Of a DNA stretch of 64,000 bases, positions 29,593 to 38,405 are shown piece after piece (position 1 is the first letter of the stretch; every line of letters begins with the position of its first letter). Source of the stretch: an uncultured Lachnospiraceae bacterium (GTDB taxonomy: Bacteria; Bacillota; Clostridia; Lachnospirales; Lachnospiraceae); assembly GCA_948470335.1 (NCBI GenBank), contig CAOKOL010000013.1:1989-65988 (forward strand), read 5' to 3'. The notes below the pieces were generated by a model. It was not told the DNA's origin, did no database searches, and was given only the letters and a program-made list of their open reading frames with translations. Both the position numbers and the translations under genes were made by a program.

Positions 29593-31254
29593 ATGGCAGA
29601 TCTGATTTTTTATAACGGGATCATACATACCATGGCTGAGGACGCGGCGGAGACGAAAGTTTCCGCCGCGGCTGTTTCAGGGAATCTGATCGAAGCCGTG
29701 GGAGGGGATGAGGAAATTTTAAAACTGGCAGAGGAACAGTGCCGGATGGTTGATTTGCGGGGAAAATGCCTGGTTCCCGGCTTTCAGGACAGCCACTGTC
29801 ACCTGCTTCTGACAGGGCTGGGTTTTCGGAATCTGGACCTTCGCGGGGTGCGGTCCGCGGAAGAACTGATCGAGGCGGGCCGGGCGTATATCCGGGAGCA
29901 TCGGATTCCCGAAGGAACCTGGATATTGGGTGAAGGCTTCGATCATAACCTGTTTCCTGATCCGGTACTGCCGGATATCCGGGTGGCGGACGCCATTTCC
30001 ACATGCCATCCGATTCTGATTCAGCGGGTGTGCGGCCATGTGGGAACTGCCAACACCATGGCTTTTTCCATGGCGGGTTTCGATGCCCATACCAGATTTC
30101 CCGGCGGCGTGATTGATTTGGACGAGCGGGGGGAGATTACCGGCGTGCTGCGGGAAGCGGCTCTGGACCAGTTTAAAATGCGGATTCCCAAGCCGGATAT
30201 TCCCACATTGAAAGAGGCGATTACGGATGCCGCCCGGCATGTGAATCAGTACGGCGTTACCTCGGTCCACACCGATGACCTGGAGGGCGGCAGTCTGGAG
30301 AATATTATCCGCGCCTATCGGGAGCTGGAGCGGGAAGGCCGGTTAAATGTAAGGATATGGGAGGAGGTTCAGGCTGCCAGGCCGGAAGTTCTCCAGGCAT
30401 TTCTGGACAGGGGCCTGCGCACCGGGGACGGCAGCGATTCTTTTAAGATCGGAAATATCAAGCTGATCCTGGACGGCTCTCTGGGGGCCAGAACGGCCGG
30501 CCTGCGGGCGGATTACAGCGATGATCCCGGAAATCGGGGCATCTTTGTCTATACCCAGCCGGAACTGGACGAGGTGGTGCTTGCGGCTCATAAGGCCGGT
30601 ATGCAGGTGGCCTGCCATGCCATCGGAGACGGCGCGGTGGCGCAGAGCGTCGCGGCATTTGAAAAGGCTTACCGCCTGGACGGGAAAGACCTGCGCAACC
30701 GGGTGGTACACTGCCAGTTCGCGGACGAGGAGTTGATCCGGCGGATGGCAAAGAGCCGGATCGGGGCGGATATTCAGCCGGGCTTTGTGATTTCCGATTA
30801 TCCGCTTGCGGCCTCCCGGATGGGAGAGCGGGAAAAGTGGGGCTACCGCTGGAAATCCCTTTTGGAAGCGGGCGTTCCGATGGGCGCCGGCTCTGACGGG
30901 CCGGTGGAATCTTACAATCCGATTCTGGGAATTTATCATGGGGTGAACCGGACGGACGGGGAGACACTGCCGGAAGGTGGCTGGCATCCGGAGGAGAAGC
31001 TGACGGTCAGGGAGGCGCTGTATCTGTATACGGGAGGAGGTTCTTATCTTTCTTTTGAAGAAGACAGAAAAGGACAGATAAGGTCCGGGTTTCTGGCGGA
31101 TCTGGCGGTGCTTTCGGAGGATATTCTGGGGGTTCCTCCTGAGCGGATTCGGGATATTAAGGTGGAGATGACGGTGCTGGGAGGGAAGGTTGTGTATGAG
31201 AGGGCGTCGGAAAAGGACTGTGGAATCAGAAAGGCTGTAAAAGGAGATGAATAA
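29593..31254 (+). CDS. amidohydrolase-family metallohydrolase (YtcJ-like)
   Basis: LVPGFQDSHCHLL metal-binding motif. 553 aa, with a GSDGPV block near the C-terminus. Confidence 0.8.
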   Translation: MADLIFYNGIIHTMAEDAAETKVSAAAVSGNLIEAVGGDEEILKLAEEQCRMVDLRGKCLVPGFQDSHCHLLLTGLGFRNLDLRGVRSAEELIEAGRAYIREHRIPEGTWILGEGFDHNLFPDPVLPDIRVADAISTCHPILIQRVCGHVGTANTMAFSMAGFDAHTRFPGGVIDLDERGEITGVLREAALDQFKMRIPKPDIPTLKEAITDAARHVNQYGVTSVHTDDLEGGSLENIIRAYRELEREGRLNVRIWEEVQAARPEVLQAFLDRGLRTGDGSDSFKIGNIKLILDGSLGARTAGLRADYSDDPGNRGIFVYTQPELDEVVLAAHKAGMQVACHAIGDGAVAQSVAAFEKAYRLDGKDLRNRVVHCQFADEELIRRMAKSRIGADIQPGFVISDYPLAASRMGEREKWGYRWKSLLEAGVPMGAGSDGPVESYNPILGIYHGVNRTDGETLPEGGWHPEEKLTVREALYLYTGGGSYLSFEEDRKGQIRSGFLADLAVLSEDILGVPPERIRDIKVEMTVLGGKVVYERASEKDCGIRKAVKGDE

Positions 31255-31864
31255 AATAAAGAAAAAGACACAGGAACACAGTAAGGAAAGAGATCCCCTG
31301 GCCTGGGAAGAAATCAGCACGGAGCATATCGTTCAGGACGAATGGATCGATTTCAGAAAATCAGCGTACCGTTTTCCGGACGGCAGCATCTATGAACCCT
31401 TTTACAGTTACAGCCGCAGGGACTATGTGGTAATTGTGGCTTCGGACGAAGACGGGAATTATCTCTGTGTCCAGCAGTTCAGACAGGGGATCAAAGAAGT
31501 GACGACGGAGTTCCCGGCAGGCGGGATAGAACAAAAGGACGGCAGAGAACGTGGGACATCCGGCGGGCTGTCCGAGGAGGATGCCCTTGCGGCGGCAAAG
31601 CGGGAGCTTCTGGAGGAGACAGGGTACGCCTCCGATACGTGGCGTCATCTTCTCACCGTACCCTCCAACGCGACCATAGCCGATAACTATGCCCATCTTT
31701 TCGCGGCGGAAAATTGCGGAAAAGTAACCGGCCAGTCGCTGGATGAAACGGAATTTTTAAATGTGACGAAACATACGGCGCGGGAGATTGAAGTTCTGAT
31801 CGAAAAAGGCGGGTTTCAGCAGGCTGTTCATATTCTGGCCTGGTTGCTGGCACGCAGGAGATGA
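31247..31864 (+). CDS. NUDIX hydrolase
   Basis: Nudix box remnants GG...AAKRELLEETGY with an insertion. Overlaps the amidohydrolase end by 8 nt. Confidence 0.7.
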   Translation: MNKIKKKTQEHSKERDPLAWEEISTEHIVQDEWIDFRKSAYRFPDGSIYEPFYSYSRRDYVVIVASDEDGNYLCVQQFRQGIKEVTTEFPAGGIEQKDGRERGTSGGLSEEDALAAAKRELLEETGYASDTWRHLLTVPSNATIADNYAHLFAAENCGKVTGQSLDETEFLNVTKHTAREIEVLIEKGGFQQAVHILAWLLARRR

Positions 31865-31979
31865 CGGCGGGGGGACAGGATGTGTTCAAGCTCTGCCGGA
31901 ATGTCAGGTACAGTCCATATTCACACACTCTTTGCGGTTTTATCCATACAATATAGTATAAAACCTAAGGAGGATGAAT

Positions 31980-32744
31980 ATGGACTCTTTTCTTACATTG
32001 TCCCATGTCAGTTATGCGTACCATTCTCCCCAGGGCGAGCTGCCTGCCATGACAGATCTCTGTCTTTCCATAGAAAAAGGTGAATTCGTGTCCATCGTAG
32101 GCCCGTCAGGCTGCGGCAAATCCACGCTGCTGTCCCTGATCTGTGGCCTGCTGAAGCCTGAGGAAGGAAGTATCCTGGTGGGCGGCCATCCCCCGGATGA
32201 GTCTGACGTGAAAATCGGATATATGCTCCAGAAGGATCATCTGTTTGAGTGGAGAAATATCTTTAAAAACGTATGCCTCGGGCTGGAAATCCAGAAGGCA
32301 CAGACGCCGGACAGCCTGGCCTATACCACCCAGCTGTTAAAGTCCTACGGGCTGGAGGGATTTGAGGATGTGAGGCCCTCCGAGCTGTCCGGAGGCATGC
32401 GTCAGAGGGCGGCGCTGATCCGCACCATGACGCTGCATCCGGATCTGCTGCTGCTGGATGAGCCATTTTCCGCTCTGGACTATCAGACCCGGCTGGAGGT
32501 GTGCGACGATATTGCCATGATTATCAAAGAAGCGGGAAAAACGGCCGTGCTGGTCACTCACGATCTGTCGGAGGCCATCAGTTTCGGGAACCGGGTCATC
32601 GTCTTAAGCAGCCGTCCGGCCAGGATAAAGGCGGATATCCGTCTGTCCTTTGACGAGGATCTGTCGCCGTTAAAGCGGCGCAGCGACCAGCAGTTTTATC
32701 AGTATTTTAACATGATCTGGGAGGAGTTGAAAGGCCATGAATAA
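31980..32744 (+). CDS. NitT/TauT-family ABC ATP-binding protein
   Basis: GPSGCGKSTLL, LSGGMRQR and LLLLDEPFSALD. AAGGAGG lies 7 nt before the ATG at 31980. Confidence 0.85.
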   Translation: MDSFLTLSHVSYAYHSPQGELPAMTDLCLSIEKGEFVSIVGPSGCGKSTLLSLICGLLKPEEGSILVGGHPPDESDVKIGYMLQKDHLFEWRNIFKNVCLGLEIQKAQTPDSLAYTTQLLKSYGLEGFEDVRPSELSGGMRQRAALIRTMTLHPDLLLLDEPFSALDYQTRLEVCDDIAMIIKEAGKTAVLVTHDLSEAISFGNRVIVLSSRPARIKADIRLSFDEDLSPLKRRSDQQFYQYFNMIWEELKGHE

Positions 32745-33483
32745 TATATCGGCCGCCCAGGCGGCATATCTTTCGGGTCTGAAAAGACACAGGCAGAGGG
32801 TGAGAGGCTTCCGTCTGCTTATTTTTATTCTGCTGGTGGTTCTGTGGGAGCTGGCGGCCAGAACCGGCGTTCTGGACGATTTTATTTTCAGCAGCCCTGT
32901 CAGGATGTACCATACCTTTATGGGCATGGCCGCAGACGGCTCTATTTTCCGGCATACCGGCATCACGCTGGCGGAGACGCTGGCCAGCTTTTTTTTCGTG
33001 GTGCTGTTCAGCCTTTTGCTGGCCATGGCCCTGTGGTGGAATCGGGGGCTGTATGAAATTTTAGAGCCTTATCTGGTGGTGTTAAACAGCCTGCCCAAAT
33101 CCGCCATGGCTCCGGTGCTGATCGTCTGGCTGGGAAGCAATCCGAAGACTATTATTGTGACGGGGATACTGATCGCCGTGTTCGGCTCCATTCTGACGCT
33201 GACCGTCAGCTTTCAGGAAGCCGACCCGGAGCAGATCAAGCTGATTTATACGTTAAAGGGCAGTAAGTGGGATGTGCTGAGAAAGGTCCTGCTGCCCCGG
33301 TCCGTTCCCGTGCTGATCAGCCAGATGAAGGTGAATATCGGCCTCTGCCTGGTGGGGGTGATCATCGGCGAGTTTCTGGCGGCGGACGCAGGGCTGGGGT
33401 ATCTGATTATCTATGGGAGTCAGGTGTTTAGATGGGGAGCGGGGGTGAGAGAAGTGAGTAGCCCGGTTGCAGTCGGGTTGTAA
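32737..33483 (+). pseudogene. NitT/TauT-family ABC permease, 5' part (231 native codons), interrupted at 33429/33430
   Basis: Family-like sequence up to ...GLGYLIIYGSQVF, then 18 unrelated codons and a stop. The C-terminal 35 codons are found at 42414-42521. Confidence 0.85.
33431..33466. repeat. left terminal inverted repeat (attL inner arm)
   Basis: GATGGGGAGCGGGGGTGAGAGAAGTGAGTAGCCCGG matches the reverse complement of 42373-42410. Confidence 0.7.
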
Positions 33484-33557
33484 AAAGCGGCGGTATCATG
33501 TATACTTGATATATGGTAAAACGTATGATTGCACGGGGAAAGGAAACTGTCGTATGA

Positions 33558-34045
33558 ATGAAGACAGGGCTTGATGAACGGATTGTATTTGATCAGTTGA
33601 ACGGAAATGCGCGGGCGGTGTGGAGCCTGCTGCTTGCGACCGGATATCTGAAAGTACAAAATCTCAGGCGTGTCGGTGAGCGCAGAAAGAAAGTATATAC
33701 GCTGGCGCTTACAAATATGGCAGTGGAAATATCTTTGAAGATATGGTAAAAGGGTGGTTCGGCGGCGGCACTGAAATATATTACAATGAATTTATTAACG
33801 CGCTTCTGAATGATAATATCAGAATAATGAATACGTTTATGAATAAAGTGGCGCTAAATACGTTCCGTTCATTCGACAGCGGAAATAAGCCGTCTGATCA
33901 GACAGAGCCGGAGCGTTTCTACCATGGTTTTGTTCTTGGAATGATAGTAAATCTCGCAGACATTTATAAAATCCGTTCCAACAGAGAAAGCGGCTATGGG
34001 ATGACCTGCGTAAAGATGAAAGGGGGAATGTGTCATTATGTGTGA
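33558..34045 (+). pseudogene. remnant of an AAA-ATPase-like / PD-(D/E)XK (DUF1703-type) gene: N-terminus missing, frameshifted, 3'-truncated
   Basis: Two adjacent ORFs in different frames (..WSLLLATGYLK.., then ..MVKGWFGGG...ERFYHGFVLGMIV...SNRESGYG). The frame breaks near 33735. The conserved ESGYG block is cut off where the Rpn gene begins. Confidence 0.55.
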
Positions 34046-34868
34046 AATGGGAAAGGAAATCAAATGGGAAGAAATTGGGATTTCCAATGATTTTTTGTTT
34101 GGAAGGGTCATGCAAAATCCGAAACTCTGTAAAAAGCTGTTAGAGACAATTTTAGAAATTGAGATCGAGCGGATTGAATATCCGGAGGGACAGAAGGCAA
34201 TCAATCTGGAGAAAGATGCTAAAAGTGTAAGGCTGGATATTTTCGTGCGGGATGAAAAGAAGTCAGTTTACGATATTGAGATGCAGGCCTGCACAAGTGC
34301 GGAACTTCCCAAAAGATCGAGATATTATACGGCGATGCTGGATTTGGATATGCTGGATAAAGGAGTGAGCTATAAGGTACTGAAACACAGTTTTGTGATA
34401 TTTATCTGTACATTTGACGCTTTTGACAGGGAGCTTTATTGTTATACATTTGAAAATATGTGCCAGGAAGAAGAAGGGTTGCATCTGAATGACGGGACAA
34501 CAAAAATATTCCTGAATGCGTCAGGAACAAAGGGGAATGCAAGTCCTGAATTGAAAGCATTCCTGGGATATGTAGACGGAAACAAAAGCGATGACGCATT
34601 TGTAAAAGAACTGGATGCGGAAGTAGCAAGAGTAAGGGAAAGTAAAGAATGGAGGCGGGAATATATGACATTGTTGATGAGAGATCGGGAAAATATTGAG
34701 AAAGGAATCGAACAGGGAATCGAACAGGGAATTGAACGGGGCCAAAAATTGCTCGCAGAGCTTATAAAACATTTAATTGCGGATAATCGGATGGGGGATA
34801 TTCAGGTTGCGGTGAGTAATGAAAATGTGCGTAATCAGCTATATGAAGAATATGGATTAAAAAATTGA
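34038..34868 (+). CDS. Rpn-family recombination-promoting nuclease / putative transposase (PD-(D/E)XK), copy 1
   Basis: ISNDFLFGRVMQNPKLCKKLLE...DIEMQ...YYTAMLD blocks typical of this family. C-terminal GIEQ repeats. Confidence 0.8.
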   Translation: MCEMGKEIKWEEIGISNDFLFGRVMQNPKLCKKLLETILEIEIERIEYPEGQKAINLEKDAKSVRLDIFVRDEKKSVYDIEMQACTSAELPKRSRYYTAMLDLDMLDKGVSYKVLKHSFVIFICTFDAFDRELYCYTFENMCQEEEGLHLNDGTTKIFLNASGTKGNASPELKAFLGYVDGNKSDDAFVKELDAEVARVRESKEWRREYMTLLMRDRENIEKGIEQGIEQGIERGQKLLAELIKHLIADNRMGDIQVAVSNENVRNQLYEEYGLKN

Positions 34869-34995
34869 AATGAATGCAGCGGTGTTATGAATGGAACAAG
34901 TTTCGATAAATAAGTGTGGCTTATTGAATGTTTTCAGTTGTCCATTATAAGAAATTTTGCCGGAATTGAAAAATATATGAGGGAGTAGATTACTG

Positions 34996-35910
34996 ATGAA
35001 AATAAAACATGTAGCCATCTGCGGCATGGGTGCGCTGGGGATGCTTTATGGGAAATATATTATGGAACACGGCGGTGCGGATCAAATCCATTATGTGATG
35101 GACAGGGAGCGTTTGGAAAAATACAGGCAGCGTATTTTTTCAGTGAATGGCGTACCCTGTTGTTTTCCGATGTGTGACGGCGCTGAGGATGTGCCTGCCG
35201 ATCTGGTGATTGTGGCGGTGAAATATACGGGACTTTTTGACGCTCTTAACGTGATAGAGAAATGTGTGGGTCCGGAAACCATAATTATGTCCGTGCTGAA
35301 CGGCGTTACCAGTGAGCAGATCATCGGCGAGCGGTTTGGAAAAGAGCATCTGATTTACACGGTGGCCCAGGGGACGGATGCGGTGAAATCCGGCGGAGAT
35401 CTGGCCTTTACCAATATGGGCGAACTGAGGATCGGCGTCAGAGAGGCATGTCAGATGGCAAACCTGGAGGCCGTGTGCGGCTATTTTGACCGGATCGGTT
35501 TCCCCTATGTGGTGGAACAGGATATTATGTACCGTATTTGGAGCAAATTTATGTTCAATGTGGGCGTTAATCAGGTATGCATGGTTTACGAAACGAATTA
35601 TGGGGAATGCGCAGATCCGGACAGCGAGCCGCATCGCATGATGGTTGCGGCTATGCGGGAGGCCATGGCGGTAGCCCGCTGTGAGGGGATTCCGATTGGG
35701 GAAGAAAATCTGAATGAATATGTCCGTATGCTTGACACCCTTGCCCCTGGCGCCGTCCCTTCCATGCGCCAGGATGGCCTAGCCCGCCGCCGGTCAGAAG
35801 TGGAGATCTTTGCGGGAACGGTCATAACACTGGCGAAAAAGCACCATATTCTGGTGCCGGCGAATACGTTTCTTTATAAAAGGGTTATGGAGACGGAGGC
35901 GTCTTATTGA
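34996..35910 (+). CDS. panE: 2-dehydropantoate 2-reductase (ApbA/PanE family)
   Basis: N-terminal GMGALG dinucleotide fold. WSKFMFNVGVNQ and SMRQDGLARRRSEVEIFAG blocks. Confidence 0.8.
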   Translation: MKIKHVAICGMGALGMLYGKYIMEHGGADQIHYVMDRERLEKYRQRIFSVNGVPCCFPMCDGAEDVPADLVIVAVKYTGLFDALNVIEKCVGPETIIMSVLNGVTSEQIIGERFGKEHLIYTVAQGTDAVKSGGDLAFTNMGELRIGVREACQMANLEAVCGYFDRIGFPYVVEQDIMYRIWSKFMFNVGVNQVCMVYETNYGECADPDSEPHRMMVAAMREAMAVARCEGIPIGEENLNEYVRMLDTLAPGAVPSMRQDGLARRRSEVEIFAGTVITLAKKHHILVPANTFLYKRVMETEASY

Positions 35911-36070
35911 AGTTAGGACAGAAATTATAATTTTATTTTGGGCTGTTAAAACAGGATGGTTTCTGATAAAATATTATTATAGATATAGGGAATTGCGAAA
36001 AAACAAGGGGGATTCAGAATATCTGTTTATATCCTATCAGCCTCAGCGAATGAGACAGAAAAGGGAATGA

Positions 36071-36966
36071 ATGATTATGTATGAATTAGGAAAAGAAATA
36101 AAATGGGAAGAAATTAGGATATCCAATGATTTCCTGTTTGGGAGGGTAATGCAAAATCCGAAGCTGTGTAAAAAATTGTTAGAGACGATTTTAGAAATTG
36201 AGATCGAGCGGATCGAATATCCGGAAGGACAAAAGGTTATCAATTTAGAAAAAGATGCTAAAAGTGTGAGGCTTGATATTTTTGTGAAGGATGAGAAAAA
36301 GTCCGTTTACGACATTGAGATGCAGACATGTTCCAGCACAGAACTTCCTAAAGGATCGAGATATTAGCCGCAATGCTTGATTTGGATATGCTGGATAAGG
36401 GAGTAAGCTACAAAGAATTGAAACACAGCTTTGTAATATTTATCTGTACGTTTGATGCATTTGATAAAGAGCGCTATTGTTATACGTTTGAGAATATATG
36501 CCATGAGGAAGAAGGGCTGTGTTTGGAGGATGGAACGACGAAGATATTCTTAAATGCGTCAGGGACAAAAGGGGATGTAAGTCCTGAATTGAAAGCATTC
36601 CTGGGATATGTAGCCGGAAACAAAAGCGATGATGTGTTTGTGAAGGAACTGGATGCGGAAGTAACAAAGGTAAGGGAGAGCAAAGAATGGAGGCGGGAAT
36701 ATATGACATTGTTAATGAGGGATCAGGAAAATGTTGAGAAAGGAATTGTACAGGGAATCAAACAGGGAATCGAACAGGGAGAATTACGTCAGATAATCAG
36801 TATGGTATATAAGAAAGTAAAAAAAGGAAAAACCCCGGAAGTAATCGCTGATGAATTAGAAGAAGATTTACAACTGGTGCGAAAGATTTATGATGCTATT
36901 ATATTAGAAGGTGAAGCATATGATTGTGGAAGTATATATAATATAGTTTTTGGAAAAGTTGACTGA
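36071..36966 (+). pseudogene. Rpn-family nuclease, copy 2, disrupted by a 1-nt deletion plus TAG at 36365-36367
   Basis: Colinear with copy 1 at roughly 80-90% nucleotide identity by eye over ~700 bp. The frame changes between ORFs 36071-36367 and 36373-36966. A further diverged ~70-nt fragment of the same gene family follows at 36965-37035. Confidence 0.8.
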
Positions 36967-37355
36967 TTTGGATAAGGGAGAAAACGATAAAGAATTGAAT
37001 GGCCGTATCTTTGATAGTGTTATGTATACATGGGATAATAAAATGTGATGATTGTATAAATTTATAGAGACCATTATATTATGGATGTAAGAAATATGAA
37101 TGACACTATTTATATTATGATGAAAATATCAAAAAATTCCATTACCCCACATGTTCAAGTGTAGACCAAATAAAGGAAAGAATAAATGAGAGGTCAATTT
37201 GAAAAGGGATGGGTAATTGTGCAGGGATATGACCCTTGGCAAAGGCGTAATCCGTAGGAATAGATTTTCAGATAAATTTGCTTAGTGAAAGTGATGCAGT
37301 TTCTGGTGTTTTGAAAGAACTTTTAATTGTAAATGATTATATGGAATAAAATAGG

Positions 37356-37408
37356 GGCTTTAAATCTAAATTTGTTATAGATTTAAAGCCTCTGTTTGTT
37401 TTGTTTGC
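37356..37408 (+). terminator. perfect 12-bp hairpin plus T-rich tail
   Basis: GGCTTTAAATCT (37356-37367) / AGATTTAAAGCC (37379-37390), followed by TCTGTTTGTTTTGTTTG. Confidence 0.55.
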
Positions 37409-37443
37409 TAAAAATATAATGCTAAGTATAGGGGGATAGAGCT

Positions 37444-37776
37444 ATGGTCGTAACAATAAGCATGGATACAATAAGCAGGAGAAGTAAAGCAACAGACGGA
37501 AAAGAAATTAGTCGGATCAGATGCAGAAGTGTTGATAATCGGGTCAGGGGAGAATTAAAAGACTTTGCGCATAAAATAGATGACGAAGGCTATACACTTT
37601 TCCCGGCATTGCTGGCAGGGAAAACGAAATCAGAAAATTTTGTCTTGATGCAGCTTTTAGTTTTGGATTTTGACAGCGGTGTATCCTTTGAAACGATCAG
37701 GAAAAGAACGAAAGAAAATGTGCTTGCGGAAAGTATACTGCTCGCCATGGCGAGGAACATAAAACAAGTTCCATAA
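37444..37776 (+). pseudogene. possible N-terminal remnant of a primase-polymerase-like gene
   Basis: The 110-aa ORF contains ...FPALLAGKTKSENFVLMQLLVLDFDSG..., reminiscent of the DxD motif region of plasmid/phage prim-pol proteins. It is far too short and no continuation follows in any frame. Confidence 0.3.
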
Positions 37777-38166
37777 AAGATTCAAAAAGGCAGGACTGGG
37801 ACTTATTTGTTTCCAGTGAAAAGCGCCGGATTTTAAACATCTTAAAACAGACATTCAATCCATGCGGAATGGCTTATTAAAATATGCTCTTTTTATAGAA
37901 TAACAGAATAATTTGGAGTTTTTCCTTGAAATCACATATAAAAACAGCAAAAATAAAGCTGCCGCTTCACGAATTTTCATTCGTTAAAGCGACAGCTTCT
38001 TATTTTACAATACATCCGGCAAAATGTACCGGTACCCAAGGGTATGCTTCGAGATATCATTTTTGTTGAATTTAGAAATAGATAAAGACAGGCACAATAA
38101 CGAACGAATAACCATAAAAATAAATAGAGACCCATATAACATCATCAAGCGAAAGGAGATCATTAT

Positions 38167-38322
38167 ATGAGCGAGAAGGAAAGAAAATCCATTCGGAAAA
38201 TCGCCGTGATTTTATATCAGGAAGGGAAAATCACATTTGAGGAGCAGATGAATGTTCTGGATATTTTGCGGGAAAAGTGTGATGGTACACAAGGACAGGA
38301 GTTCGCGTCAGCCGCCATGTAA
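38167..38322 (+). CDS. 51-aa ORF immediately upstream of the recombinase, function unknown
   Basis: Not in the ORF track (below its length cutoff). AAGGAG lies 8 nt before the ATG. Sequence MSEKERKSIRKIAVILYQEGKITFEEQMNVLDILREKCDGTQGQEFASAAM. Same strand as the recombinase and 83 nt upstream of it. Confidence 0.4.
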   Translation: MSEKERKSIRKIAVILYQEGKITFEEQMNVLDILREKCDGTQGQEFASAAM

Positions 38323-38405
38323 AATACGATAGGTTTGGCAGAAAAGCCTTAGCTAAAAGAGATGGATTACCAAAGGAATCCATAAACGGAAGGAGGTGAA
38401 AATCT

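Noticed and set aside
34704-34739. Three tandem 12-nt repeats (GGAATCGAACAG x2, then GGAATTGAACGG)
   Set aside because: Not a CRISPR array or a regulatory repeat. It is in frame within the Rpn gene and encodes GIEQGIEQGIER. The paralogous copy has the same region in diverged form.
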